Shown here one piece after another: positions 27,751 through 36,150 of a DNA stretch of 41,726 nt. Under the pieces are notes generated by a model. That model was not told where the DNA came from, ran no database searches, and was given only the letters and a program-made list of their open reading frames with translations. The position numbers and the translations under genes are program-made. The stretch covers positions 1-41,726 of the forward strand of contig JBBDIN010000047.1 of assembly GCA_040880385.1 (NCBI GenBank), given 5' to 3'. The DNA comes from Thermodesulfobacteriota bacterium. GTDB taxonomy: Bacteria; Desulfobacterota_D; UBA1144; Nemesobacterales; UBA2774. Numbering within the stretch: the stretch's first letter is position 1; each line of letters opens with the position of its first letter.

Positions 27751-28143
27751 ATGGCAACAGCAAAAAAAGTTACTAAGAAAAAAAACATAAAAAAGACCAA
27801 ACTCACATGGCAGGATGAGATTAAAAATATGTTACTTGTCATGAGAAAGGAAATGCTTCAAGATGTATCGCAGTCAATGAGGGATGAATCTGATCATCTA
27901 AAACATGAGATTGGCGACTTCTACGACCAGGCATCTAACGATAGGGATAGAGAGCTATCTTTAATGCTCGCAGATAGAGAGAGGGGAAAGCTGACATTAG
28001 TTGACAATGCATTGCACAGAATAGAGATTGGAACATATGGAATATGCGAGTCATGTGATGAAGTTATAGACAAAGAAAGGCTAATTGCCATGCCTTTTAC
28101 TAAACTTTGCCTCTCTTGCCAAGAAGATATTGAAAGAGAATAG
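27751..28143 (+). CDS. DksA/TraR-family C4 zinc-finger protein (DksA paralog)
   Basis: 130-aa ORF with a coiled-coil tip DFYDQA (DxxDxA) and the zinc finger CESCDEVIDKERLIAMPFTKLCLSC. Confidence 0.8.
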   Translation: MATAKKVTKKKNIKKTKLTWQDEIKNMLLVMRKEMLQDVSQSMRDESDHLKHEIGDFYDQASNDRDRELSLMLADRERGKLTLVDNALHRIEIGTYGICESCDEVIDKERLIAMPFTKLCLSCQEDIERE

Positions 28144-28145
28144 GC

Positions 28146-29180
28146 CTACTTAATCAGATCTGACAGCCCCTTTAGAAAAGGATCCTTAACTACAGCCTTT
28201 TCAGTTATGATTGAACTAACGTTCTCATTTGGTGTTATGTCAAATGCGGGGTTATAAACATTAACTTCAGGTGCTATCCTTTTCCCTAATATATGAGTCA
28301 CTTCATTAATATTGCGCTCTTCGATAGGAATTAAACTACCGTTAGCACAGTCATAATCTATAGTAGAGATGGGCGCTGCCACATAAAACGGTATACAGTG
28401 TGATTTAGCTAGTATAGATATGGAGTAAGTACCTATTTTATTTGCGACATCTCCGTTGCATGCAATTCTGTCGGCGCCAACAACTACAGCGTCTACCATG
28501 CCCTTACTCATTATGTGACCAACCATACTATCTGTGATGAGCGAGACTGAAATCCCGTCTTTATCAAGCTCCCAGGCTGTAAGTCGAGCTCCCTGTAGGA
28601 AAGGCCTTGTTTCTGTAGCAATTACTTTAATGTTCTTACCAGCCTCATTCGCGCCTCTAATTACGCCAAGAGCCGTGCCATACCCTGCTGTTGCAAGCGC
28701 TCCTGCATTACAGTGAGTCAAGACAGTAGAATTATCGGGTATAAGTTCAGCCCCTACTCTTCCGATATTGCGGCATATCTCAATATCTTGAGTTAGAATA
28801 TTGTTGGCCTCTTCAACTAGCCTCATCTTCATCTCTTTAACGCTGCCCTCTTGTGCGTTAAGCACCCTGAGCATCCTCTTCCCCGCCCAAAAGAGATTAA
28901 CCGCAGTGGGCCTTGTAGCCAGAATAATATCTGTGACTTTATTAACTTTGCTTATAAACTGGTTCCTATCGTCAGTTTTGATATTAATTGCACCCAAAGC
29001 TATACCGAGAGCTGCCGCAACACCTATTGCAGGCGCTCCTCTAATAACCATTCTTTTAATGGCGTCTGCCACTTCCTGATAAGTTTCGAATTCCAAATAA
29101 ATTTCCTCGTTAGGCAGGCGCGTCTGATCAATCATAATTACTTTATTATCTTTCCACTCAATGGTCTTAAATGATGACAT
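28146..29180 (-). CDS. mtnA: S-methyl-5-thioribose-1-phosphate isomerase (eIF-2B alpha/beta/delta-like family)
   Basis: 344-aa ORF with [53 protein letters not shown] and [19 protein letters not shown] blocks. Confidence 0.85.
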   Translation of the reverse strand: MSSFKTIEWKDNKVIMIDQTRLPNEEIYLEFETYQEVADAIKRMVIRGAPAIGVAAALGIALGAINIKTDDRNQFISKVNKVTDIILATRPTAVNLFWAGKRMLRVLNAQEGSVKEMKMRLVEEANNILTQDIEICRNIGRVGAELIPDNSTVLTHCNAGALATAGYGTALGVIRGANEAGKNIKVIATETRPFLQGARLTAWELDKDGISVSLITDSMVGHIMSKGMVDAVVVGADRIACNGDVANKIGTYSISILAKSHCIPFYVAAPISTIDYDCANGSLIPIEERNINEVTHILGKRIAPEVNVYNPAFDITPNENVSSIITEKAVVKDPFLKGLSDLIK

Positions 29181-29248
29181 ATATTTCCCCTTAATCTCAG
29201 AGTATATCTATAATTGCGGATTAGAGTTTACTTTAGAGCATACTTTTA

Positions 29249-30154
29249 TCAAACACCTACAAATTCAAGGGCTACCCAGTCTCCCTCTCTTAATTCATGT
29301 TGTTGTAGCTCAAGACCGGCAGATTTAAGCCCTCTAACGGCCTCATCCCGTCTTGTATGGGGTATACCGGAGATAATCAGTATCCCTTTAGGTGCTAACC
29401 GTTCTTTTAATTCCTCTTTCATTAGTAAGATCGGCTCAATATACACATTTGCTACGATTAGATCATATTGCCCCTTAACACTCTGAAGATAGCCGCAGAA
29501 AAACTTAATCTTATCAAGAACTCCGTTTTTCTTAGAGTTTTTTTGGGATTCGCTTATTGCTATAGGATCTGAGTCAAAACCCGTTACATCCTGTACTCCT
29601 AATTTTGATGCCGTTATGCTCAATATGCCGCTTCCGCACCCCACATCAAGGATATTCTTAATGTCTCGGGTACTTACTATCTTCTCAATAGTTTCAATAC
29701 ACAACCTTGTTGTTTCATGGTGTCCCGTTCCAAAGGCTAGAGAAGGATTTATCTCAATCACTATATCGTCACCCAAAGCAATATGATCTTCCCATGGCGG
29801 TCTTATAATTATCCTTTTTCCTACTCTTATTTTCTTCAACACACTTTTCCAAGCCTGCCAACTAGTCTGGTCGATATGCTCAACAGTTAAAGCACCAATA
29901 GTCAGCTCTGGCATGCTCTCTTTAAGAATCTCTAAATATTGCTTTAGCTTTTCTACAACTTCAGATATATCGACTTCCATAGGGAAATAAGCAGAAACTT
30001 CATTCATACCGCTTTCTTTGATATCCTCAGCTACCCCGAGAGATCCGAGCCCCAATAAATAGTCTGAAATTAAAGAACTTGCCTGCTCTGAAACTTCTAA
30101 TTTGAGCTGTGACAGCTTCAATAATCCTTCACCTTTTACATTTATCTTATTCAA
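29249..30154 (-). CDS. prmA: ribosomal protein L11 methyltransferase
   Basis: 301-aa ORF with FGTGHHETTRLC and DVGCGSGILSI motifs and PrmA-like length and architecture. Confidence 0.9.
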   Translation of the reverse strand: MNKINVKGEGLLKLSQLKLEVSEQASSLISDYLLGLGSLGVAEDIKESGMNEVSAYFPMEVDISEVVEKLKQYLEILKESMPELTIGALTVEHIDQTSWQAWKSVLKKIRVGKRIIIRPPWEDHIALGDDIVIEINPSLAFGTGHHETTRLCIETIEKIVSTRDIKNILDVGCGSGILSITASKLGVQDVTGFDSDPIAISESQKNSKKNGVLDKIKFFCGYLQSVKGQYDLIVANVYIEPILLMKEELKERLAPKGILIISGIPHTRRDEAVRGLKSAGLELQQHELREGDWVALEFVGV

Positions 30155-30316
30155 TTATATACCTCTGTGTGTTAACTAAAGGTCATTAATCTTACACTCC
30201 AAACTCAAATAAGAGAAAAGCTAATCATAAATTTATAAGCAGTTTAGTCATGATGAGCGAAAAACAACCTTATCTGAGTTTTACAGTGATAAGGGGAAGT
30301 GATATAATTCCCCCTT

Positions 30317-30679
30317 ATGAATGAGAAGAGACTCAAGATCTATAGAGAGATTCTGATAAAGAAAATGGCGGGCCTTCTTGGGATAGCAGAAAGCACCGTG
30401 ACTAGAATGAACGAAGGAGACGGGACGTTCCCTGACCCTATTGACCGCGCCATGACAGAATCGAGCACATCAATAGAACTCAAAAAAAGAGATAGAGAAA
30501 GAAAGCTTATATCTAAGATACAAAAAGCCATACAAAAGACTGAAGATAAAACATATGGTATTTGTGAAATATGCGATGATGAAATAACAGAAGACAGGCT
30601 CTTGGTAAGACCTGAAACTACACTTTGCATTAGTTGTAAGGAAGAGCAGGAAAAAGAAGAAAAAAAATTTGGGCAATAA
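30317..30679 (+). CDS. dksA: RNA polymerase-binding transcription factor DksA
   Basis: 120-aa ORF. The stretch FPDPIDRAMTESSTSIELKKRDRERKLISKIQKAI closely parallels E. coli DksA (DxxDxA tip). The zinc finger is CEICDDEITEDRLLVRPETTLCISC. Confidence 0.85.
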   Translation: MNEKRLKIYREILIKKMAGLLGIAESTVTRMNEGDGTFPDPIDRAMTESSTSIELKKRDRERKLISKIQKAIQKTEDKTYGICEICDDEITEDRLLVRPETTLCISCKEEQEKEEKKFGQ

Positions 30680-30697
30680 CCTGATACTTAGAAATAG

Positions 30698-31153
30698 TTA
30701 ATTACTACCACCAAAAACAAACCTTTCTAAGAAATCAGCATCAGATTCTTTTACAATTAGCCATTTGCCGTCTATTTTAGCAAATTGAATTTTCTCATTC
30801 ACTTTAAATCGATTTTTTGTATCGTCAACTAAGGCATCAACAACTGTTAACTGAACAACTTCGGTAATATCACCCCTTTCGTAAATACTTCTATTAGCAT
30901 TTGTAATTTCTAGCTCATCAAAGAGTGCGACGTTAGATAAAAATTTCTTCTTAACTGCTTCACGGCCTATGACATTATTATTTTCTTCTACACTGTAATC
31001 CGGGGAGATTAAAGTCATGTACAAATCCACATTTTTAGTCTCTATGGCCTCTTCTCTAATGGAGAGCTGGGCTTCAATCCCTTCATTTTGAGGACTCCCG
31101 CAGGACAGGACAAATAAGCTTAGCAGTAGGAAGAAGAAAGAGGGTAATCTCAT
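30698..31153 (-). CDS. lipoprotein of unknown function (possibly NTF2/SnoaL-like fold)
   Basis: 151-aa ORF with a signal peptide and lipobox LFVLSCGS. It overlaps the bamD stop by 4 nt, so it is likely co-transcribed. The fold assignment is only a guess from length and pattern. Confidence 0.55.
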   Translation of the reverse strand: MRLPSFFFLLLSLFVLSCGSPQNEGIEAQLSIREEAIETKNVDLYMTLISPDYSVEENNNVIGREAVKKKFLSNVALFDELEITNANRSIYERGDITEVVQLTVVDALVDDTKNRFKVNEKIQFAKIDGKWLIVKESDADFLERFVFGGSN

Positions 31154-31992
31154 CCTTGTGAAGGCTCTTCTAATATATCTGGTGGGGTTTCTTCTGGAAT
31201 AGGCGCTGTCTTGCCCTCAATGTCATTTAAAAGTGAGGATGCTTTGCCTGCATATTTTTCATCAGGGTAAGTCTGGACTAATTGATTCAATGTCGCCCTG
31301 GCCAGATCATACTCATCTTGTTTTGCATAGGCTCTACCCAAAAGATACATAGCTTCAGGCATTTGTTTGGTATCACTGTAATCCGCGACAACTAAACCAT
31401 ATCTATGGGCTGCGGCTTTATAATTTTTACGTTTGTTATAAAAATTGCCGATATAAATCTCTCTTTTAGCAAGCCTTTGTCTACACTTTACTACGCGTTG
31501 TTCAGCTTTTGCAACTAGAGGAGATGAAGGATATTTCTCAATAAAGATATTAAACCACTTTAAAGCTTCCCTTGTAGTTGTGGGATCCCTATCCGGGCTC
31601 AGTATCTGTCTGTAATAAGATATTGCTAACTGATAAGTGGCATAAGATGCTTCTTGATGGCCGGGATGTCGTTTTATAAACTCTTCATATTCAATTGCCG
31701 CCTGCTCATATTCTCCCTGCTCAAAGAAAACATCACCTGTTCTAAGTTCTGCAAGAGTTGCATAAGGGCTATAGGTATACCTTAACTGAACCTCTTTTAG
31801 ATATTTAAGTATAGTCTCGTAATCTTTACCATTAAAAATCCATGGAAATCCGCCTTGGTCCTCATTCATCTGTTCCAGGGCGCCTTCGTACAACTCCTGG
31901 TCGCTCAAACCCTTAGGCACAGATCTGGAGCCGCAATTAACAATAAACATTAAAGAGAATACAAGAAAAAGTAATGTAAGAATTCTATTCAT
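31150..31992 (-). CDS. bamD: outer membrane protein assembly factor BamD (TPR lipoprotein)
   Basis: 280-aa ORF with the lipobox FIVNCGS and TPR-like repeats carrying the typical BamD blocks (YEQAAIEYEEFIKRHPGH, YQLAISYY, FIEKYPSSPLVAKAEQR, IGNFYNKRKNYKAAAHRY). Confidence 0.85.
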   Translation of the reverse strand: MNRILTLLFLVFSLMFIVNCGSRSVPKGLSDQELYEGALEQMNEDQGGFPWIFNGKDYETILKYLKEVQLRYTYSPYATLAELRTGDVFFEQGEYEQAAIEYEEFIKRHPGHQEASYATYQLAISYYRQILSPDRDPTTTREALKWFNIFIEKYPSSPLVAKAEQRVVKCRQRLAKREIYIGNFYNKRKNYKAAAHRYGLVVADYSDTKQMPEAMYLLGRAYAKQDEYDLARATLNQLVQTYPDEKYAGKASSLLNDIEGKTAPIPEETPPDILEEPSQG

Positions 31993-32171
31993 GAAGTCTA
32001 TAGTATTTAGATAAAAGTAGCTGTGTCAAGTATGAAAGTCATAGATAGGGATATATTAACTTGTGACCTAGTCGTATACTAGAGCAATTTCTAAATGACT
32101 CTTAAAAATCTGAATATACATCTTATCAATTTAAGAGCAATAAGCCTTATTTTAGCTAAGAAGATTCAAAT

Positions 32172-32203
32172 AAAAAAAAGGGGCAATGATTTGCCCCTTT
32201 TTT
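32172..32203. terminator. bidirectional intrinsic terminator
   Basis: A8-GGGGCAA-tgat-TTGCCCC-T6 forms a 7-bp GC-rich stem with U-tracts on both strands. It lies 53 nt downstream of the S8 protease stop. Confidence 0.7.
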
Positions 32204-32255
32204 AAGATAAATAGTCTTTTCAACCAACACTAAATTACTGTGTTGGTATGGATTT

Positions 32256-33929
32256 TTAATTCAATGGGTTCACAGACACAGGAATTACATCACTGATGTA
32301 GCGATCATCAGGTCGTAGTTCATTTCCATTAATATGCATATAAACCTGGAGATATATCGTGGATCCAGCATACCTGCGGTTAATGCGATAAGTCTGCTCA
32401 AATTGAGCAAAATTAGGGTTAGTAGCTGTAGATTTTATTCTCTTAATTCTAGTCGCGTCAGCTATACCTAGCTCTGTTTTTCCTGCACAAGGCCCCTTTG
32501 TTATTGGGGTTGAGCCATTAGGATCCGTACCAAGCATAAGATAAAGAATTGATTGAGCAGCAGGCATTCCCTTGCCACTTATGGTATTAGCCCCTATATT
32601 TACAAAGCTGCCACTTTCCGGTTCGATAATCTGGATTTTAGAAAAAGGACGAGGTGTCGGTGGCGGTGTCGGAGCTGGCGTAGGTGGTGGTGGGTTTATT
32701 ACATAATCAACTGCAGCGTTAGCGTTTATCCTACCTGCTCCAAAGAATATAGTGCTTCCTAGGTCATCCGCTGTATTTCTTAATAATTGATCGAGTTCTG
32801 AATTGGTCAATGTCATATCAGCAGACCATGCAAGACCCGCTACTCCTGATACTATAGCAGAAGAAAAAGAAGTTCCACCCCAAGTAGGTATATATGGAGG
32901 ATCAATTAAAGCACCAGGTGTGATGTTATAAATGGGTAGAGCCGGAGCCGCTAAATCCACATTATTCCAACTAGAAGAAATCCAGAGAGTATCGTCTAAG
33001 TTGGTTCCTGAAACCGCTATAACATTACTGGCAAAATCAGGACAAATAACACCTGAGTTGCCGCTATTTCCCCTAGCAGCTACAGTAAGTAGTCCACTAT
33101 CCCAAGCTAAATTTAAAGCATCAAACTCGGATTGAGCAAGCCCGGTACAAGATCTGCCGAAACTCAAGTTAAGAACTACTTTTTGAGTCGGATTACTAAG
33201 AGCATAATTTACTGCAAATAAAATACCCTCTACAATATCATCGAGGCCAGCAGAACCAGCATCACTGTAAACCCTTATAGGCAATATGGAACAGCCCCAG
33301 CATACTCCAGCAACCCCAACACCATTATTCGTGTCAGCCGCCGCTGTACCTGTTACACCGGTTCCATGACCATTGTTATCAGTTAAATCTGGATTGCAAT
33401 TGTTATGGTCAAAATCAATGCCTGAGGTATTGCAACCAGGGAGTATTTTTCCACCGATTAAATCTTCGTGAGTAACATCGAAACCAGTATCCACAACAGC
33501 AATAACTACGTCGGGATGACCAGTTTGGAGATCCCAAGCCTGTGGAGCCTGGAAAACATCAAAATATAACTGGCTGCTAAAGAGTGGGTCGTTAGGAATG
33601 GCGAGTGGTTCATAATAGTAGTTCTTCTCTACATATTCAACATCCGGATCCTGTGAAAGCTCTTGCTCAAGAGCCTCTAGGTTTTCAGGCGCTACTTCAA
33701 GGACTTCTAAACCTAATTCAGGTATTTCCTTTACCTTTTTACCCTTATGTGCTGTACGTGACTGAACATCAACGGAATTTGCGCCTTCCTTATATTTTAT
33801 TATAAGCTGGTCAGGTGCATAATCACCCTGAGCCAATACATTTTGAACACAAAAAAACATTCCGAACATAACTAAAAATGTTGCTAATACTACCTGCGTA
33901 ATCTTTATTCCTTTCGTTACATAAATCAT
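32256..33929 (-). CDS. secreted subtilisin-like serine protease (S8 family) with propeptide, Pro/Thr linker and C-terminal domain of unknown function
   Basis: 557-aa ORF with a signal peptide and an I9-like propeptide. The catalytic triad blocks are VAVVDTGFD, HGTGVTGTAAA and GGTSFSSAIVSG. The linker is PPPPTPAPTPPPTPRP. An AAGGAGG RBS is present. Confidence 0.9.
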   Translation of the reverse strand: MIYVTKGIKITQVVLATFLVMFGMFFCVQNVLAQGDYAPDQLIIKYKEGANSVDVQSRTAHKGKKVKEIPELGLEVLEVAPENLEALEQELSQDPDVEYVEKNYYYEPLAIPNDPLFSSQLYFDVFQAPQAWDLQTGHPDVVIAVVDTGFDVTHEDLIGGKILPGCNTSGIDFDHNNCNPDLTDNNGHGTGVTGTAAADTNNGVGVAGVCWGCSILPIRVYSDAGSAGLDDIVEGILFAVNYALSNPTQKVVLNLSFGRSCTGLAQSEFDALNLAWDSGLLTVAARGNSGNSGVICPDFASNVIAVSGTNLDDTLWISSSWNNVDLAAPALPIYNITPGALIDPPYIPTWGGTSFSSAIVSGVAGLAWSADMTLTNSELDQLLRNTADDLGSTIFFGAGRINANAAVDYVINPPPPTPAPTPPPTPRPFSKIQIIEPESGSFVNIGANTISGKGMPAAQSILYLMLGTDPNGSTPITKGPCAGKTELGIADATRIKRIKSTATNPNFAQFEQTYRINRRYAGSTIYLQVYMHINGNELRPDDRYISDVIPVSVNPLN

Positions 33930-33962
33930 TATATAAAGCCTCCTTTAAAAAAAATAAACAAT

Positions 33963-34005
33963 CTAACACACAGCTAAATACTCGCTAACACACAGCTAAA
34001 TACTC
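33963..34005. repeat. perfect tandem direct repeat, 2 x 21 nt (CTAACACACAGCTAAATACTC) separated by 1 nt
   Basis: Read directly from the sequence at 33963-33983 and 33985-34005, in the divergent protease/miaB intergenic region. Confidence 0.95.
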
Positions 34006-34165
34006 AATATCTGAATTAGATATAATAATAATTGCCGTATGAGCATCCGATGATTTTAGACGAACGGTCAATAAAAGTCAATTACCCCATCAACACTTAT
34101 TAATCCCTTTGTTATCAGGTTATATTCTACTTCACCTTATTCACTTTTGCACCCAAATGGATTTC

Positions 34166-34194
34166 TTGACTTAGCTATGGGACAGCGTTAAATT
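34166..34194 (+). promoter_or_regulatory. sigma70-like promoter candidate (TTGACT-17 nt-TAAATT) for miaB
   Basis: The hexamers have optimal spacing. The -10 ends 9 nt before the miaB ATG, and no Shine-Dalgarno sequence lies between them. Confidence 0.4.
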
Positions 34195-34203
34195 GTTTAC
34201 AAG

Positions 34204-35511
34204 ATGGGAATCAAAAAGCTATATATAGAAACATACGGATGTCAGATGAATGAGTATGATTCTGATAGAATCAAGAACGCTATTGACGCTGAACCAACAG
34301 ATGATCCGAAGAAAGCCGATATCATTATAGTTAATACCTGCGCAATCAGAGACAAAGCGGACCAAAAAGCCTTTAGTAGTTTAGGTAAGTATAAGCATAT
34401 AAAGGCAAATAACCCTGATGCGATAGTGGGCATTGCGGGATGTGTGGCACAACTCTACGGGGAGAAGCTCTTAAAAAAGATCCCTCACCTTGACTTCGTC
34501 CTTGGAACAAGATCAATACCCAAACTTCCCGAGATTATTTCTAAAATTGAAAGAGACAAGAGAAGGACTGTTGAAACCTCATACGACTTAGAAGAACTAT
34601 TTGAAGTTGAGCCCTATCATAAAGAGGGAAAAGCCACTGCTTTTGTATCGGTTCAGCAGGGATGCAACAAAAGATGCACTTACTGCATTGTCCCTCAAGT
34701 AAGAGGTGATGAAGTGAACAGGCCGCTCAATGATATACTGAGAGAAACCACGAACCTTGTTAATAAAGGTGTTAGGGAAATCACCTTTATTGGCCAGACA
34801 GTTAACTCCTGGAAACACGACGGCAATAAATTTGGAGATCTGATTAGAGCGGCAGGAGATGTAGAAGGCCTAGAAAGGATAAGATTCACTACTTCTTATC
34901 CAAGAGACATTACTAAAAGAATGATAGATGCAATGAAGGATGTACCGCAAGTTTGCCATCATCTGCACCTCCCTGTTCAATCAGGGTCAAACAATGTCCT
35001 TAGCAATATGAAGAGGACGTATACCAGAGAGTGGTATGTTGATACAATATTGAGACTAAAAGACGCCATTCCCGATATAACTATATCCACAGATATTATT
35101 ATCGGCTTTCCAGGTGAAACGCATCGGGATTTTGAAGATACAATGTCTCTTATGAAAGAAATAGAGTTTGAAAGCTCATACTCTTTTAAATTCTCACCGC
35201 GCCCGGGAACTGTGGCCGCTGAATATGCGGAAGAAGAAACGGTGAAAGCTGATATTGCAAGCGCCAGATTATCCGAGCTTCAAGCGTTTCAGAAAGATAT
35301 TACAGAAAAAAAGAATCTAAGCAGGGTTGGCCAAATAGAGAAAGTATTAGTTGAAGGTGAGAGCCGAAATGATCCGGATGTCTTATCTGGCAGAACAGAT
35401 CATAATAGAATCTTAAACTTCAATGGCGCTAAAGATCTTGTAGGAAAAACAGTTAAGGTAAAAGTTACAGAGGGACTTTTGAACTCTCTTAGGGGAGAGT
35501 TGGTAGTATAA
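34204..35511 (+). CDS. miaB: tRNA-2-methylthio-N6-dimethylallyladenosine synthase
   Basis: 435-aa ORF with the N-terminal YIETYGCQMNEYDS block, the radical SAM motif GCNKRCTYC and a C-terminal TRAM-like region. Confidence 0.93.
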   Translation: MGIKKLYIETYGCQMNEYDSDRIKNAIDAEPTDDPKKADIIIVNTCAIRDKADQKAFSSLGKYKHIKANNPDAIVGIAGCVAQLYGEKLLKKIPHLDFVLGTRSIPKLPEIISKIERDKRRTVETSYDLEELFEVEPYHKEGKATAFVSVQQGCNKRCTYCIVPQVRGDEVNRPLNDILRETTNLVNKGVREITFIGQTVNSWKHDGNKFGDLIRAAGDVEGLERIRFTTSYPRDITKRMIDAMKDVPQVCHHLHLPVQSGSNNVLSNMKRTYTREWYVDTILRLKDAIPDITISTDIIIGFPGETHRDFEDTMSLMKEIEFESSYSFKFSPRPGTVAAEYAEEETVKADIASARLSELQAFQKDITEKKNLSRVGQIEKVLVEGESRNDPDVLSGRTDHNRILNFNGAKDLVGKTVKVKVTEGLLNSLRGELVV

Positions 35512-35530
35512 TACAGACAGGAGGTGATAT

Positions 35531-36007
35531 ATGTTTTTGCAAATGAAAGTAACCGGCATAGCACTTGACCCTTTTACAAACAGTCCGATTGTAATCTTAA
35601 AAGATTCTACAAATGAAAAAACCCTTCCCATCTGGATTGGCTTTATGGAAGCAAGCTCTATTGCTATGGAGCTTGAAAAGACCCCGCGCAGCCGGCCTAT
35701 AACCCATGATCTTGTAAAGAATTTAATAGAAAAACTGGGATTCTTAGTTTCGAAAATTGAAGTCACCGATCTTCGCAACGATACCTTCTACGCATCAATG
35801 CACCTAACGAAAGAAACCGAGGAATACGTACTTGACGCTAGACCAAGCGACGCAATCGCAATTGCTTTGAGGACCGATTCACCTATATTCGTGAACGAAG
35901 AGGTCTTGGAGAAATCTAAGAATATAGGAATTGACGAAGATAAAGATAAACTGGACAAACTTTTAGAAGACCTGCCTGAAGGAGAGTTCGGCAAATATAA
36001 GATGTAG
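35531..36007 (+). CDS. bifunctional nuclease family protein (DUF151/BFN domain)
   Basis: 158-aa ORF with LPIWIG..EA..I, RPITHDL and the ARPSDAIAIALR blocks typical of this family. An AGGAGG RBS is present. Confidence 0.8.
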   Translation: MFLQMKVTGIALDPFTNSPIVILKDSTNEKTLPIWIGFMEASSIAMELEKTPRSRPITHDLVKNLIEKLGFLVSKIEVTDLRNDTFYASMHLTKETEEYVLDARPSDAIAIALRTDSPIFVNEEVLEKSKNIGIDEDKDKLDKLLEDLPEGEFGKYKM

Positions 36008-36150
36008 TCATTAAAAGCATTACACCTTTCTAAACTATTACTCTTACTCTAAGTGAGCAATGAGTTTTCATAACTGTAGAATTTCCAGAGTAAAATCCAA
36101 AAACATTTCTATTAGGAATTACAGAAAATTATTCAGGTAGAATATGCGCC

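Noticed and set aside
28141-28148. Palindrome TAGGCCTA containing the stop codons of both convergent genes (DksA-like and mtnA)
   Set aside because: It is a trivial consequence of two TAG stops 2 nt apart. There is no stem-loop potential and no evidence of function.
30250-30324. A GGGGAA-9 nt-TTCCCC hairpin (30293-30313) abutting the dksA start codon, and a 24-codon upstream ORF overlapping the dksA ATG
   Set aside because: The stem is only 6 bp. The purine tract is 18 nt from the ATG, so it is not a convincing SD to sequester. The uORF has no RBS. I cannot support a regulatory claim from this.
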